From assembly GCA_937936785.1 (NCBI GenBank), contig CALDDQ010000002.1, forward strand, positions 61,192 to 125,191: DNA of 64,000 nt, read 5' to 3'. A model generated the notes under the pieces. It ran no database searches, was not told the DNA's origin, and saw only the letters and a program-made list of their open reading frames with translations. Positions within the stretch are counted from its first letter, which is position 1. The number at the start of each line of letters is the position of its first letter. This DNA comes from an uncultured Endomicrobiia bacterium (GTDB lineage: Bacteria > Elusimicrobiota > Endomicrobiia > DTEH01). The position numbers and the translations under genes are program-made. Of the stretch, positions 38,136-47,901 are shown piece after piece.

Positions 38136-39104
38136 ATGTCTAACATAAAATATATTCTTGGGATAGAAACTTCCTGTGACGAAACTTCTGCAGCAGTAGT
38201 AGATGAAAAATTAAATATAATTACAAATATAATTTTTTCTCAACAAAAACTTCATTCTCAATATTTTGGTGTTGTGCCTGAACTTGCCAGTAGAACACAT
38301 TATGAAAAAATACAATATGTATTAGAAAAAGTTTTCAAAAAAGTTAAAATTAGTGAAATTAGTTTAATATCGTATACAGAAGAACCTGGTTTAAAAGGTG
38401 CATTACTTATTGGAAAAATAGTTGCACATACTCTGTCGTATATTTATAAAATACCTATAGTAGGAGTTAACCATTTGTGGGGGCATATAAATTCAATATT
38501 TTTGTCTAATACAAAATTTAGATTTCCATTCTTATCATTAATAATTTCAGGTGGACATACAGAACTTAGTATAGTGAGTTCTTATAACAAAAGAAAAATT
38601 TTAGGCAATACAAGAGACGATGCAGTGGGCGAATCTTTTGATAAAGTAGCAAAAATGTTAAAACTTACATATCCAGGAGGACCGATTATAGAAAAATATG
38701 CCAGGTATGGAGATAAAAATTATGTATATTTTAAAAGACCTTATATGGAAGAAACTTGGGATTTTAGTTTTAGTGGATTGAAAACTGCAGTATTATATTA
38801 TTTAAATTCTATAAAATTAAAATCTTTACTATTAGATAAAAAATTTATTGCAAACATTTGTGCTTCTTTTCAAGAAGCTATATGTGACACTTTGTCTAAA
38901 AAATTGATTTTAGCAACTCAAAAGTTTAATTGTAAAACTGTTTGTATATCTGGTGGCGTGTCTGCTAATAAATATTTAAGACAATATATTAAAAAAGAAT
39001 TAAGTAAAGAAAATATAGAAGTAGTCTTTCCTAAAGAAAACCTTTCTACAGACAATGCCGCAATGATAGCAGTTGCCGGTAGAAACAAATATATATTCAA
39101 TTAA
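38136..39104 (+). CDS. tsaD: tRNA N6-adenosine threonylcarbamoyltransferase TsaD (Kae1/Gcp family)
   Basis: 'ILGIETSCDETSAAVV', 'VGVNHLWGH', 'ISGGVSAN'. Confidence 0.85.
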   Translation: MSNIKYILGIETSCDETSAAVVDEKLNIITNIIFSQQKLHSQYFGVVPELASRTHYEKIQYVLEKVFKKVKISEISLISYTEEPGLKGALLIGKIVAHTLSYIYKIPIVGVNHLWGHINSIFLSNTKFRFPFLSLIISGGHTELSIVSSYNKRKILGNTRDDAVGESFDKVAKMLKLTYPGGPIIEKYARYGDKNYVYFKRPYMEETWDFSFSGLKTAVLYYLNSIKLKSLLLDKKFIANICASFQEAICDTLSKKLILATQKFNCKTVCISGGVSANKYLRQYIKKELSKENIEVVFPKENLSTDNAAMIAVAGRNKYIFN

Positions 39105-39128
39105 ATATTACTTTTTTTATAACAACTG

Positions 39129-39185
39129 TTGACAAACTTTTGTCAAAGTGGTATAAAGTGGTAGTAAGTAGTAATAATGTGGACT
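39129..39185 (+). promoter_or_regulatory. Candidate Pmra promoter (TTGACA-N17-TATAAA) overlapping an 8-bp inverted repeat and about 10-bp-phased MraZ-box-like direct repeats
   Basis: TTGACA at 39129-39134, TATAAA at 39152-39157. Inverted repeat TTGACAAA-CT-TTTGTCAA at 39129-39146. Direct repeats AAGTGGTA (39146), AAGTGGTA (39156), AAGTAGTA (39166) and ATGTGGAC (39177), ending 5 nt before the mraZ ATG. Confidence 0.45.
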
Positions 39186-39189
39186 TTTT

Positions 39190-39618
39190 ATGAATATATA
39201 TACTGGAATATCATATCATATTTTAGATTCAAAAAGTAGACTATTTTTAGCACCAAAATATAGAGGTAAATCAAATAAATATATTTTGTGTTCTGGTATT
39301 GATGATTGTGTGGTTATATATTCTTATGATAACTGGAATAAGATTGTAGGTAAGATAGAATCTATTTCTTTAAAAAACAAATCTTATCAGAGAGCTTTTT
39401 TAAGAACTTTTTTTGCAGATGTAGAGATGGTAGTGATTGACAATCAAGGAAGAATATTGATACCACAAAAATTTAAAGAAAAATATAATCTGATAAAAGA
39501 AGTTGTAGTGGTTGGAGTTAAGGACAAAATAGAATTATGGAACAAAAAAGTTTGGGAAAGATATTACTTAACTTCTGTAAATGTGTTGAAAAAAATAAAA
39601 GCACAGCTGGAAATATGA
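39190..39618 (+). CDS. mraZ: Transcriptional regulator MraZ
   Basis: 142 aa. Two MraZ half-domains with 'LDSKSRLFLA' and 'DNQGRILIPQ' (DxxGR motifs). First gene of the dcw cluster. Confidence 0.85.
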   Translation: MNIYTGISYHILDSKSRLFLAPKYRGKSNKYILCSGIDDCVVIYSYDNWNKIVGKIESISLKNKSYQRAFLRTFFADVEMVVIDNQGRILIPQKFKEKYNLIKEVVVVGVKDKIELWNKKVWERYYLTSVNVLKKIKAQLEI

Positions 39619-39622
39619 TTTT

Positions 39623-40495
39623 ATGCACATTCCTGTAATGGTAGATATTGTAATAAAATATTTTTCAGAAAACAAAGGAAAAGTTTTTGTAGATGCGACT
39701 TTAGGTTGTGGTGGTTATGCAAAAAAAATATTAGAAAACTGTAAAGAAAGTTTTGTCATAGGAATAGATTGTGATATAAACGCTATAAATTATACAAAAG
39801 AGTATTTAAAAGATTATATTGATAAAAAAAGATTAGTTCTAATAAATACTAGTTATATCAACATAAAAGATGTCATAAATAATTTGGGATTAGAATCTAT
39901 AGACGGGGTAGTATTTGATTTAGGTATGTCAACTTTGCAATTGAGAACTAACAGGGGGTTTAGTTTTAGTGATGAAAAGTTAGATATGAGAATGTCACAG
40001 AAAGACAATTCAATTACTGCAGAATCAATAGTAAATACTTTTAGAGAAGATCAACTGGCAGATATATTTTATAATTATGGAGAAGAAAGATATAGTAGAA
40101 TTGTTTCAAAATATATTTGTGAATATAGAAAATCTAAAAAAATAGTTTCTGCACGAGAGTTGTCTGAACTGATTAAAAACAAATTAGGTAAGTTTTATTA
40201 TAAGTCAAAAATACATCCTGCAACAAAAATATTTCAAGCTTTAAGAATATTTGTCAATAACGAACTTAGTAATATTGAACAAGGAGTTTCTAATTCAATA
40301 GAATTGTTAAATAGTTCAGGCATATGTGTTTGTGTTTCATTTCACTCATTAGAAGATAGAATAGTAAAAAATATTTTCAAGAAAAGAGATGATTGTAAAA
40401 TTTTAACTAAAAAACCGCTAATTGCTTCACAAGAAGAGGTAAAGATAAATCCTGCATCAAGAAGTGCAAAGTTAAGAGTTGTTAAAAAAATATGA
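39623..40495 (+). CDS. rsmH: 16S rRNA (cytosine1402-N4)-methyltransferase RsmH (MraW)
   Basis: 'HIPVM', 'VDATLGCGGY', 'VVFDLGMSTLQL', 'LNSSGICVCVSFHSLEDRIVK'. Confidence 0.9.
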   Translation: MHIPVMVDIVIKYFSENKGKVFVDATLGCGGYAKKILENCKESFVIGIDCDINAINYTKEYLKDYIDKKRLVLINTSYINIKDVINNLGLESIDGVVFDLGMSTLQLRTNRGFSFSDEKLDMRMSQKDNSITAESIVNTFREDQLADIFYNYGEERYSRIVSKYICEYRKSKKIVSARELSELIKNKLGKFYYKSKIHPATKIFQALRIFVNNELSNIEQGVSNSIELLNSSGICVCVSFHSLEDRIVKNIFKKRDDCKILTKKPLIASQEEVKINPASRSAKLRVVKKI

Positions 40496-40755
40496 ACTTA
40501 AGATATTTTTTGTTTCTTATAATATTATTTGGGATAGTATTTTTTTATTTACGACAACAAATTGAAATTACTAAAATTCAGTATAAAATTAAAGATACTT
40601 TTGATAAAATATCAATTTTAGATATTGAAAACAAACAACTTTCTGTTCAAATAGAGAGTTTAAAATCTTATGCCAGATTGGAAGAGTTTGCGACAAAAAA
40701 TAATTTTATAAAACCTAATTTTAAAGAAATAAAAATTGTTTATTACAAAAATTAA
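40492..40755 (+). CDS. ftsL: Cell-division protein FtsL-like (small bitopic membrane protein)
   Basis: 87 aa, single N-terminal TM helix followed by a coiled-coil-like segment. Conserved position between rsmH and ftsI. Confidence 0.55.
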   Translation: MNLRYFLFLIILFGIVFFYLRQQIEITKIQYKIKDTFDKISILDIENKQLSVQIESLKSYARLEEFATKNNFIKPNFKEIKIVYYKN

Positions 40756-42482
40756 TGAAAAAATTAAATTTTAGTAACAAAACAGAATCTTTTAGCAAAA
40801 AGAGGTTCGATTTAATAAAATTTCTAGTTTTATTAATTATTCCCACTATAATAATTTTAAAATTATTTTTCTTACAGGTATGGCAATATGAAAATCTTTT
40901 ACCTATAATTAAAAAACAAATTTCTACCTTTATGAAAATAAACATTCCTCGTGGGGACATATACGACAGAAATTACAAGACTTTAGTTACAACATTAGAA
41001 TATGATTTAATTTCTGTTAATTCTAATGAATTTTTGAAAGGATTAGAAAAAAACAGGGACAATCTTACCTTGTTATCAAAGATTATGGAAGTTCCTGAAA
41101 TAGAAATTCTCAAACGGTGTGAAAAAGAGAAATATTTTTGGTTTTCTAAAGAGTTAGATGTTAGTATTTCATATGAATTAAGAAATATTCGTGGTTTGGA
41201 TTTTAATAGATTTTTAAAACGACACTATCCACAAAATAATTTAGCTTGTTATGTCTTAGGTGGTGTTGATAATAACAATGTTGGATATTCAGGGATAGAA
41301 CGTGAATATGAGAATATTTTATGTAATGTAAAGAGTAAAAATATAGCAGTTTATAAAACAGGAAACATTAACAATAGAACAATTCGTTTAACAAAAATTT
41401 CTGATATAGATGAAGTTGAAAATTTAAACAAAAATAATTCTGTTATTCTTACAATAGATTCAAAAATACAATATAAAGTTGAAAAAATATTAAAAGATGC
41501 ATATGAACAATTTTTTCCTGAAAAAGTTATGTGTGTGATCCAAGAACCAAACTCAGGTGAAATTTTAGCGATGGCAGTTTATCCTCCTTCATCCAAACCG
41601 TTAAGCAATCCAATTATTAATTTGGCTTTTGAGCCAGGATCAACATTTAAAGTATTTCCAGTAGCGATGTTTCTGGAAGAAAATATAGTAGATAAAAATA
41701 CAATATTTGATTGTGAGAATGGAAAATTTTATTATGCAGGGAATGAAATTTCAGATCTTAAACCACACAAAAAATTGTCTATGAAAGATATTATAGTGCA
41801 TTCTTCTAATATTGGAATGGCAAAAGCATATTTATCTATGAACGATCCTGAAAAGTATTGTTCGTATTTAAAATTATTTGGATTTGGTACTTTGACTGGG
41901 ATAGAATTACCTGGAGAAATTAAAGGTTGGATAGTTACACCCAGAAGTTCTCGTTGGTCAAACTATCAACCTGTAGCAATGAGTTTTGGTCAAGGAATGT
42001 TTGTTACAGCAATTCAAATTGTTAATGCATACTCTGCAATTGCTAATAGAGGAGAACTGTTACAGCCACGCATTGTGAAATATATTCTTGATAGTAATGG
42101 CAATGTTGTTCAAGAAAATAAAAAGACTTTTGTGAGGCGAGTTTTAAGTCAAGAAAATGCAGATGTTATAAAAGAAATGTTAGAAGAAACAGTATTAAGA
42201 GGTACAGCTTTTGGTACTAAGATTGATGGGATAAGTATTTGTGCTAAGACAGGTACTGCTCAAAAGTATGATCCACAAATAAAAAAGTATTCAAACACAA
42301 AATCGTTAATAAGTGTATGTGGTTTTTTCCCAAAAGAAAATCCTATGTATGTGATAGGATTATTTTTTGACGAACCCAAAAAAGGTAGGTTAGCATCTGA
42401 TGTTGCAGTTCCTGTTTTTAAAAGAATAGTTTTAGAAATTTTAAATATTACCGAAGATATAAAATATGCAAAAGCGAATTAA
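40755..42482 (+). CDS. ftsI: Peptidoglycan D,D-transpeptidase FtsI (class B PBP)
   Basis: N-terminal TM anchor; 'GSTFKVF' (SxxK), 'HSSNIGM' (SxN), 'AKTGTAQ' (KTG). Confidence 0.85.
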   Translation: MKKLNFSNKTESFSKKRFDLIKFLVLLIIPTIIILKLFFLQVWQYENLLPIIKKQISTFMKINIPRGDIYDRNYKTLVTTLEYDLISVNSNEFLKGLEKNRDNLTLLSKIMEVPEIEILKRCEKEKYFWFSKELDVSISYELRNIRGLDFNRFLKRHYPQNNLACYVLGGVDNNNVGYSGIEREYENILCNVKSKNIAVYKTGNINNRTIRLTKISDIDEVENLNKNNSVILTIDSKIQYKVEKILKDAYEQFFPEKVMCVIQEPNSGEILAMAVYPPSSKPLSNPIINLAFEPGSTFKVFPVAMFLEENIVDKNTIFDCENGKFYYAGNEISDLKPHKKLSMKDIIVHSSNIGMAKAYLSMNDPEKYCSYLKLFGFGTLTGIELPGEIKGWIVTPRSSRWSNYQPVAMSFGQGMFVTAIQIVNAYSAIANRGELLQPRIVKYILDSNGNVVQENKKTFVRRVLSQENADVIKEMLEETVLRGTAFGTKIDGISICAKTGTAQKYDPQIKKYSNTKSLISVCGFFPKENPMYVIGLFFDEPKKGRLASDVAVPVFKRIVLEILNITEDIKYAKAN

Positions 42483-43971
42483 AGATATTTTAGATGGAGT
42501 TGATATTATAAGATTTTATGGTGATATATCTTTAAATGTTAGTGGTATAAAATATGATTCTCGGAGTGTAACAAAAGATGATTTATTTATATGTTTAAAA
42601 GGACAACATTTTGATGGTAAAGATTTTGTGAATGAAGCGATAAACAGAGGTGTTTTAGGAATAGTTGCAGAGAAAGAAATTTCTGGATTACCCAAAGATA
42701 AAGTACTGATAGTTGTAAAAGATACATACAAAACTTTAGGGAAAGTTTCATCAAATTTTTATGACCATCCATCAAAAAAAGTTTTACTTATAGGTGTTAC
42801 TGGGACAAATGGTAAAACTACAATAACTTATATTTTAGAATCAATATTTCGTTTTGCTGGCTATAATACAGGTGTAATAGGGACGATAAATTGTCGCTAT
42901 AATAATGAAGTAATACCTTCCGTACATACAACTCCGATTTCTTCAGATTTACAAAAGATTATGTATGAAATGGTAGATGCTGGTGTTGAAGTTATAATAA
43001 TGGAAGTTTCATCACATTCATTAGTTCAAGGAAGAGTATCTGAATGTGAGTTTGATGTTTCAATATTTACGAACTTAACAAATGAACATTTAGATTTTCA
43101 TAAAACTATGGAAGAATATTTCAAAGCCAAAAGTTTATTATTTAAAAATATGGTTGAAATAAAAAAAGAGAAGTTATTATCAAAACCTTTTGGAGAAAAA
43201 TGTTGTGTAATAAATTTAGATGATGATTGGGGTAATCAAATGGCAAGTGAATGTTCAATAAAAAATGTTTTTACATTTGGTAAAAACAAAACAAGTAAAT
43301 TTAAATGGAATGGAGTAAAACCTTCTTTAGATGGGACAAATTTTGAGATAAAATTTAATGGTAGTATAATAAGCATTTATACACCACTTATAGGGGAATA
43401 TAATATTTCAAATGTAGTTGCATCGTTTGTAGCATCATATTCACAAAAAATAGATATTGCAAAAATTGTTGAAGGAATAAAAAATGTTCCACCAATAGCT
43501 GGCAGGCTTGAAAAAATACAAACAAACCAAAAATTTAATATTTTAATAGATTATGCTCATACACCAGATGCATTAGAAAAAGTGATTAAAGTTATAAAAA
43601 AGTTGCCTCATAGAAAGTTAATAGTAGTATTTGGTTGTGGTGGGGATAGAGACAGGACAAAACGTCCTTTGATGGGTTCAATAGCCACTTCTTTATCGGA
43701 TTATGTGATTTTAACTTCAGATAATCCAAGGACAGAAGATCCAGAAAAAATTATTTTAGATATTGAAGTTGGAATAAAAAGGATTAACAAAACAAACTAT
43801 GAAATTTGTGTTGATAGGAAAGAGGCAATATTTCGTGCAATAAAATTTGCTTCTGAAGGTGATATAATTTTGTTAGCAGGCAAAGGTCATGAAAATTATC
43901 AAATTGTAGGTGAAAAAAAAATACATTTTGACGAGCGCGAAATCGTTAAAGAAGGATTAAAGTTTGTATGA
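42466..43971 (+). CDS. murE: UDP-MurNAc-L-Ala-D-Glu:meso-diaminopimelate ligase MurE
   Basis: 'GVTGTNGKTT'; 'LTSDNPRTEDP' (DNPR motif, consistent with meso-DAP specificity). Confidence 0.9.
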   Translation: MQKRIKDILDGVDIIRFYGDISLNVSGIKYDSRSVTKDDLFICLKGQHFDGKDFVNEAINRGVLGIVAEKEISGLPKDKVLIVVKDTYKTLGKVSSNFYDHPSKKVLLIGVTGTNGKTTITYILESIFRFAGYNTGVIGTINCRYNNEVIPSVHTTPISSDLQKIMYEMVDAGVEVIIMEVSSHSLVQGRVSECEFDVSIFTNLTNEHLDFHKTMEEYFKAKSLLFKNMVEIKKEKLLSKPFGEKCCVINLDDDWGNQMASECSIKNVFTFGKNKTSKFKWNGVKPSLDGTNFEIKFNGSIISIYTPLIGEYNISNVVASFVASYSQKIDIAKIVEGIKNVPPIAGRLEKIQTNQKFNILIDYAHTPDALEKVIKVIKKLPHRKLIVVFGCGGDRDRTKRPLMGSIATSLSDYVILTSDNPRTEDPEKIILDIEVGIKRINKTNYEICVDRKEAIFRAIKFASEGDIILLAGKGHENYQIVGEKKIHFDEREIVKEGLKFV

Positions 43972-45377
43972 ACTTTAATTTAGATGTGCCAGTTTTGTTA
44001 GAAACTTTTTTACAAAAAACAGAAGCAAAATATTATTTTAATAATAAAAATTATTTAATTAAAAGAGTTATAACTGATAGCAGAAAATTTGACACAGAAG
44101 GTGGGATATTTTTTGCAATAAAAGGAAAAACTTTTGATGGTCATAATTTTATAAATGAAATAATTTCAAAAGTAGATTTTGTAGTATTATCACAGAAATT
44201 AGATGTAGATAGTAAATATATTTCAAAACTAATTTATGTAAAAGACACAACTATTGCATTAGACACTTTAGCAAATATTTATAGAAACTTGTTTAGTGAA
44301 CTAAAAATAATTGCAATTGTTGGGTCTAACGGAAAAACTACTACTAAAGAAATAATAAAAAGTATATTTTCAAAAAAGTATAAAGTTTCTGCTACTGAAA
44401 AAAATTTCAACAACTTATTAGGTGTAGCTTACACACTTTTTCAGGTTAAAAAAAACACACAATTTTGTATTGTAGAGTTAGGTATTTCATTTAAAGGAGA
44501 GATGCAACTTTTAGGTTCAACTGTAGAACCAGACATTGTAGTTTTAACAAATATAGGTAAGGAACATTTAGAATTTTTAGAGGACACAAATACAGTTTTT
44601 AATGAGGAAACTCAGATTATAAAATACATTCGTGATAAAGGATTGGTTATAATAAATAAGGATGACAAATATTTGTCGAAATTATTAGTTAATAAACCAA
44701 AAAAATATTTTAGTATAAATTCTAAATCAACAGACATATTTGCTAGTGATATTGTTTATGATATAAATATTACCAAATTTAAGATAGTTATAAGAACATC
44801 TATAGGAGTAAAATTGTATTTTAATATAGAAACAAAACTTTTTGGCATTCACAACATCTATAACATTTTAGCTGCAATAACCACAGCGTTTTACTGTGGT
44901 ATTGACGATGTTGAAATTATTCAACAAACGATCTCTGAATTTGAAGGAGTAGAGATGCGTGGAAAAAAGTATTTTGTTAACAATAACATTATTTTAGATG
45001 AGAGTTATAATGCTAATCCCGATTCTATGAAAACTGTTATAAAAGAATTTTTTGCTGTAGAGAGAGAAAAAGTTCTAGTTTTAGGTGATATGCTTGAATT
45101 AGGTAAAAGTTCAAAAGTAGAACATGAAAATTTATTTAATGAAATAGATTTAAGCAAAGTAAAAAAAATATTTCTTATAGGACAGGAAATTAGATATTTG
45201 TATAAAAAAATTAGTGATAAAAAAAATGTTGTTTATTGTGACACAAAAGAAGAACTTTTAAATGAAATTAAAAAATTGGTTTATTCACAAAAAAATTTAA
45301 TAATTTTATTTAAAGCATCTAATCATATAGGACTTAGTAAAATTGTTTTAGAATTGATATCAAATAACAAGATTTAA
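43968..45377 (+). CDS. murF: UDP-MurNAc-tripeptide:D-Ala-D-Ala ligase MurF
   Basis: 'GSNGKTTTKE' P-loop, Mur ligase architecture. Position after murE. Confidence 0.85.
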   Translation: MNFNLDVPVLLETFLQKTEAKYYFNNKNYLIKRVITDSRKFDTEGGIFFAIKGKTFDGHNFINEIISKVDFVVLSQKLDVDSKYISKLIYVKDTTIALDTLANIYRNLFSELKIIAIVGSNGKTTTKEIIKSIFSKKYKVSATEKNFNNLLGVAYTLFQVKKNTQFCIVELGISFKGEMQLLGSTVEPDIVVLTNIGKEHLEFLEDTNTVFNEETQIIKYIRDKGLVIINKDDKYLSKLLVNKPKKYFSINSKSTDIFASDIVYDINITKFKIVIRTSIGVKLYFNIETKLFGIHNIYNILAAITTAFYCGIDDVEIIQQTISEFEGVEMRGKKYFVNNNIILDESYNANPDSMKTVIKEFFAVEREKVLVLGDMLELGKSSKVEHENLFNEIDLSKVKKIFLIGQEIRYLYKKISDKKNVVYCDTKEELLNEIKKLVYSQKNLIILFKASNHIGLSKIVLELISNNKI

Positions 45378-45418
45378 AGCTTTTTTGATTTTATAACTTA
45401 AATTTTTAGGAGATAAAT

Positions 45419-46501
45419 ATGTTTTATTACTTGTTTACAAATCTCACACCTTATTATTCAGTATTTAATTTATTTAAATATATTACTGTTAGATCATTTT
45501 TTGCATTTTTGACTGGTTTTATAATTTGTATTTTGATTTCACCAGTAATAATAAGGTTTATAAAATCTAGACAGTTTGTCCAAACAATTCGCGATGATGG
45601 TCCTCAGACACATAAAATAAAAAAAGATACTCCGACAATGGGAGGGATAATAATATTAATTTCGTTAATTGTTTCATCATTACTTTGGGCACAGATGAAT
45701 AAATTCGTTCTGTGGTCAAATTTTGTGGTATTGTATTTAGGTGTGTTAGGTTTTGTAGATGATTATTTAAAGGTTATAAAAAAACATTCAAAAGGTGTAA
45801 GTGTGGCACAAAAAATTTTTTTTCAACTGATTCTTTCTGTTGCTATATGTATTTTTTTATACATTAATCCAAACAATTTTTTATATCAGAACCGATTACA
45901 TATACCATATTTAAAAGAAACATTTATTTTTATTGGAACAGGATATTTTTTGTTAGTAATATTAGTATTACTTGGTAGTTCTAATGGAGTAAATTTAACT
46001 GATGGACTTGATGGATTGGCTATTGGTAATTTAATTTTTGTAAGTATAACTTATGCTATACTAAGTTACGTAGCAGGAAATTTTAGGCTTGCTACATATT
46101 TAAAATTGATTTATGTGCCCGGAGCAGGTGAATTAACAGTATTCTTGTCATCTATGGCAGGTGTAGGGCTTGGTTTTTTGTGGTACAACTGTTATCCTGC
46201 AACAATTTTTATGGGTGATACAGGTTCTTTATTTCTCGGAGGAGTTATAGGTTTAATTGCAGTTTTTATACATCAAGAGTTATTGTTAATTATAGCAGGT
46301 GGAATTTTTGTAGCAGAAGTTGTATCAGTTATGTTACAAGTTGGGTATTACAAAAGGACAAAAAAACGAATTTTTCTTATGTCGCCATTGCATCATCATT
46401 TTGAACTAAAGGGTTGGCCTGAAACAAAAGTTACTGTAAGATTTTGGATAATAAGCATAATACTATCAATGATAACTTTAGCTTCTTTAAAAATAAGATG
46501 A
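45419..46501 (+). CDS. mraY: Phospho-N-acetylmuramoyl-pentapeptide transferase MraY
   Basis: 'NLTDGLDGLA', 'MGDTGSL', 'HHHFE'; 10 TM helices. Confidence 0.9.
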   Translation: MFYYLFTNLTPYYSVFNLFKYITVRSFFAFLTGFIICILISPVIIRFIKSRQFVQTIRDDGPQTHKIKKDTPTMGGIIILISLIVSSLLWAQMNKFVLWSNFVVLYLGVLGFVDDYLKVIKKHSKGVSVAQKIFFQLILSVAICIFLYINPNNFLYQNRLHIPYLKETFIFIGTGYFLLVILVLLGSSNGVNLTDGLDGLAIGNLIFVSITYAILSYVAGNFRLATYLKLIYVPGAGELTVFLSSMAGVGLGFLWYNCYPATIFMGDTGSLFLGGVIGLIAVFIHQELLLIIAGGIFVAEVVSVMLQVGYYKRTKKRIFLMSPLHHHFELKGWPETKVTVRFWIISIILSMITLASLKIR

Positions 46502-47901
46502 GTATTGTAGAATTGTTTAAAAACAAGAAAGTTGGGTTTATAGGTTTTGGGAAAAGTAATATTAGTTTAGCAAAATTTTTGTTAGAACATTTTTTAAAAG
46601 AAGAAGATACAGAAATTTTTTTTACTGAGTCTTTAGAGGAAAAAAAATTTGTTGAACAAATATCAAAATTAAATCTTTTAAATTCAAAGATTCAATATGA
46701 ATTTGGTGGGCATAGTGAAAAGATATTAGATTGTGATATAATAATAAAATCTCCAGGTATATCAAACAATAACGAATTAGTACAGAAAATAAAACAAAAA
46801 CAAATCCCTATTTTTAACGAATTAGAGATTTCATATAGACTTATTGTTGAAAAACTAAATTGTATTCCCAAAATTGTTGCAATAACAGGTACTAATGGCA
46901 AAACCACAACTACAACTTTGATTGGAAAGATATGTGGATCATATTTTAAAGAAGTTTTTGTTGCAGGGAATATCGGTGTTCCAATGATAGAATATTATGA
47001 CAAAATTACAAATGATTCTATAATAATTTTAGAAGTATCAAGTTATCAGTTGGAAGATATCTCAGAATTTAAACCGTACATATCTTGTATATTAAATATA
47101 ACAGAGGATCATCTTGAACATCATGGTAACATGCAAAATTATGTTGCATCAAAATCAAAAATTTTTATGAACCAAACAAAAACAGATTTTCTAGTATTAA
47201 ATTATGACAATAAAATTATTTATAGAATGAACATAAGAAATATTATTCCAAAAAAAATATATTTTAGCACACAAACAAGGTTGGTTGAAGGATGTTTTTG
47301 GTTTAATAAAAGTAAAAAAATAATTTTTGTAGATGAAAAGTTTAATGAAACAGTTTTGGTCCCAAAGATAAATATTCCCGGATTGCACAATATAGAAAAC
47401 ATCTTAGCATCTGTAATTTGTGCGTTTATTTTAAAGGTTCCAAAAGAAATAATTGAAAAATCAATTTCAGAATTTAATGGTGTCGAACATAGGTTAGAAT
47501 TTGTTCGCAAGGTAGATTCAGTAGATTACATAAACGATTCTAAAGGGACAAATGTAGATTCTACAATAGTAGCGTTGAAAAGTTTTGATAATCCAATTCA
47601 TTTAATACTGGGTGGTAGAGATAAAGGTGCTCCTTATACTCCACTAATTCCGTTAATAAATTCAAAAGTAAAGTCTATTTTACTAATAGGAGAATCTACG
47701 GATGTAATCTATTCCCAACTTAAATATTCAAGAGCAGAAATTTATAAATGTGAAACTTTAGAGAATGCAATAAAAAAAGTAAAATCTATTGCCAAAAGAG
47801 GTGAGATAGTTTTGTTTTCTCCTGCTTGTAGTTCGTTTGACCAATTTAATAATTTTGAGCATAGGGGAAAAGTTTTTAAGGATTTAGTTAATAGGTTATG
47901 A
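46498..47901 (+). CDS. murD: UDP-MurNAc-L-Ala:D-Glu ligase MurD
   Basis: 'GTNGKTTTT'. Start taken at ATG 46498, which overlaps the mraY stop, rather than the ORF-track start 46444. Confidence 0.85.
   Translation: MSIVELFKNKKVGFIGFGKSNISLAKFLLEHFLKEEDTEIFFTESLEEKKFVEQISKLNLLNSKIQYEFGGHSEKILDCDIIIKSPGISNNNELVQKIKQKQIPIFNELEISYRLIVEKLNCIPKIVAITGTNGKTTTTTLIGKICGSYFKEVFVAGNIGVPMIEYYDKITNDSIIILEVSSYQLEDISEFKPYISCILNITEDHLEHHGNMQNYVASKSKIFMNQTKTDFLVLNYDNKIIYRMNIRNIIPKKIYFSTQTRLVEGCFWFNKSKKIIFVDEKFNETVLVPKINIPGLHNIENILASVICAFILKVPKEIIEKSISEFNGVEHRLEFVRKVDSVDYINDSKGTNVDSTIVALKSFDNPIHLILGGRDKGAPYTPLIPLINSKVKSILLIGESTDVIYSQLKYSRAEIYKCETLENAIKKVKSIAKRGEIVLFSPACSSFDQFNNFEHRGKVFKDLVNRL

Noticed and set aside
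46444-46497. Extended MurD start overlapping mraY by 58 nt
   Set aside because: ATG 46498 gives the normal 'MSIVELFKNKKVGFIGFG' N-terminus and the usual stop/start overlap with mraY.
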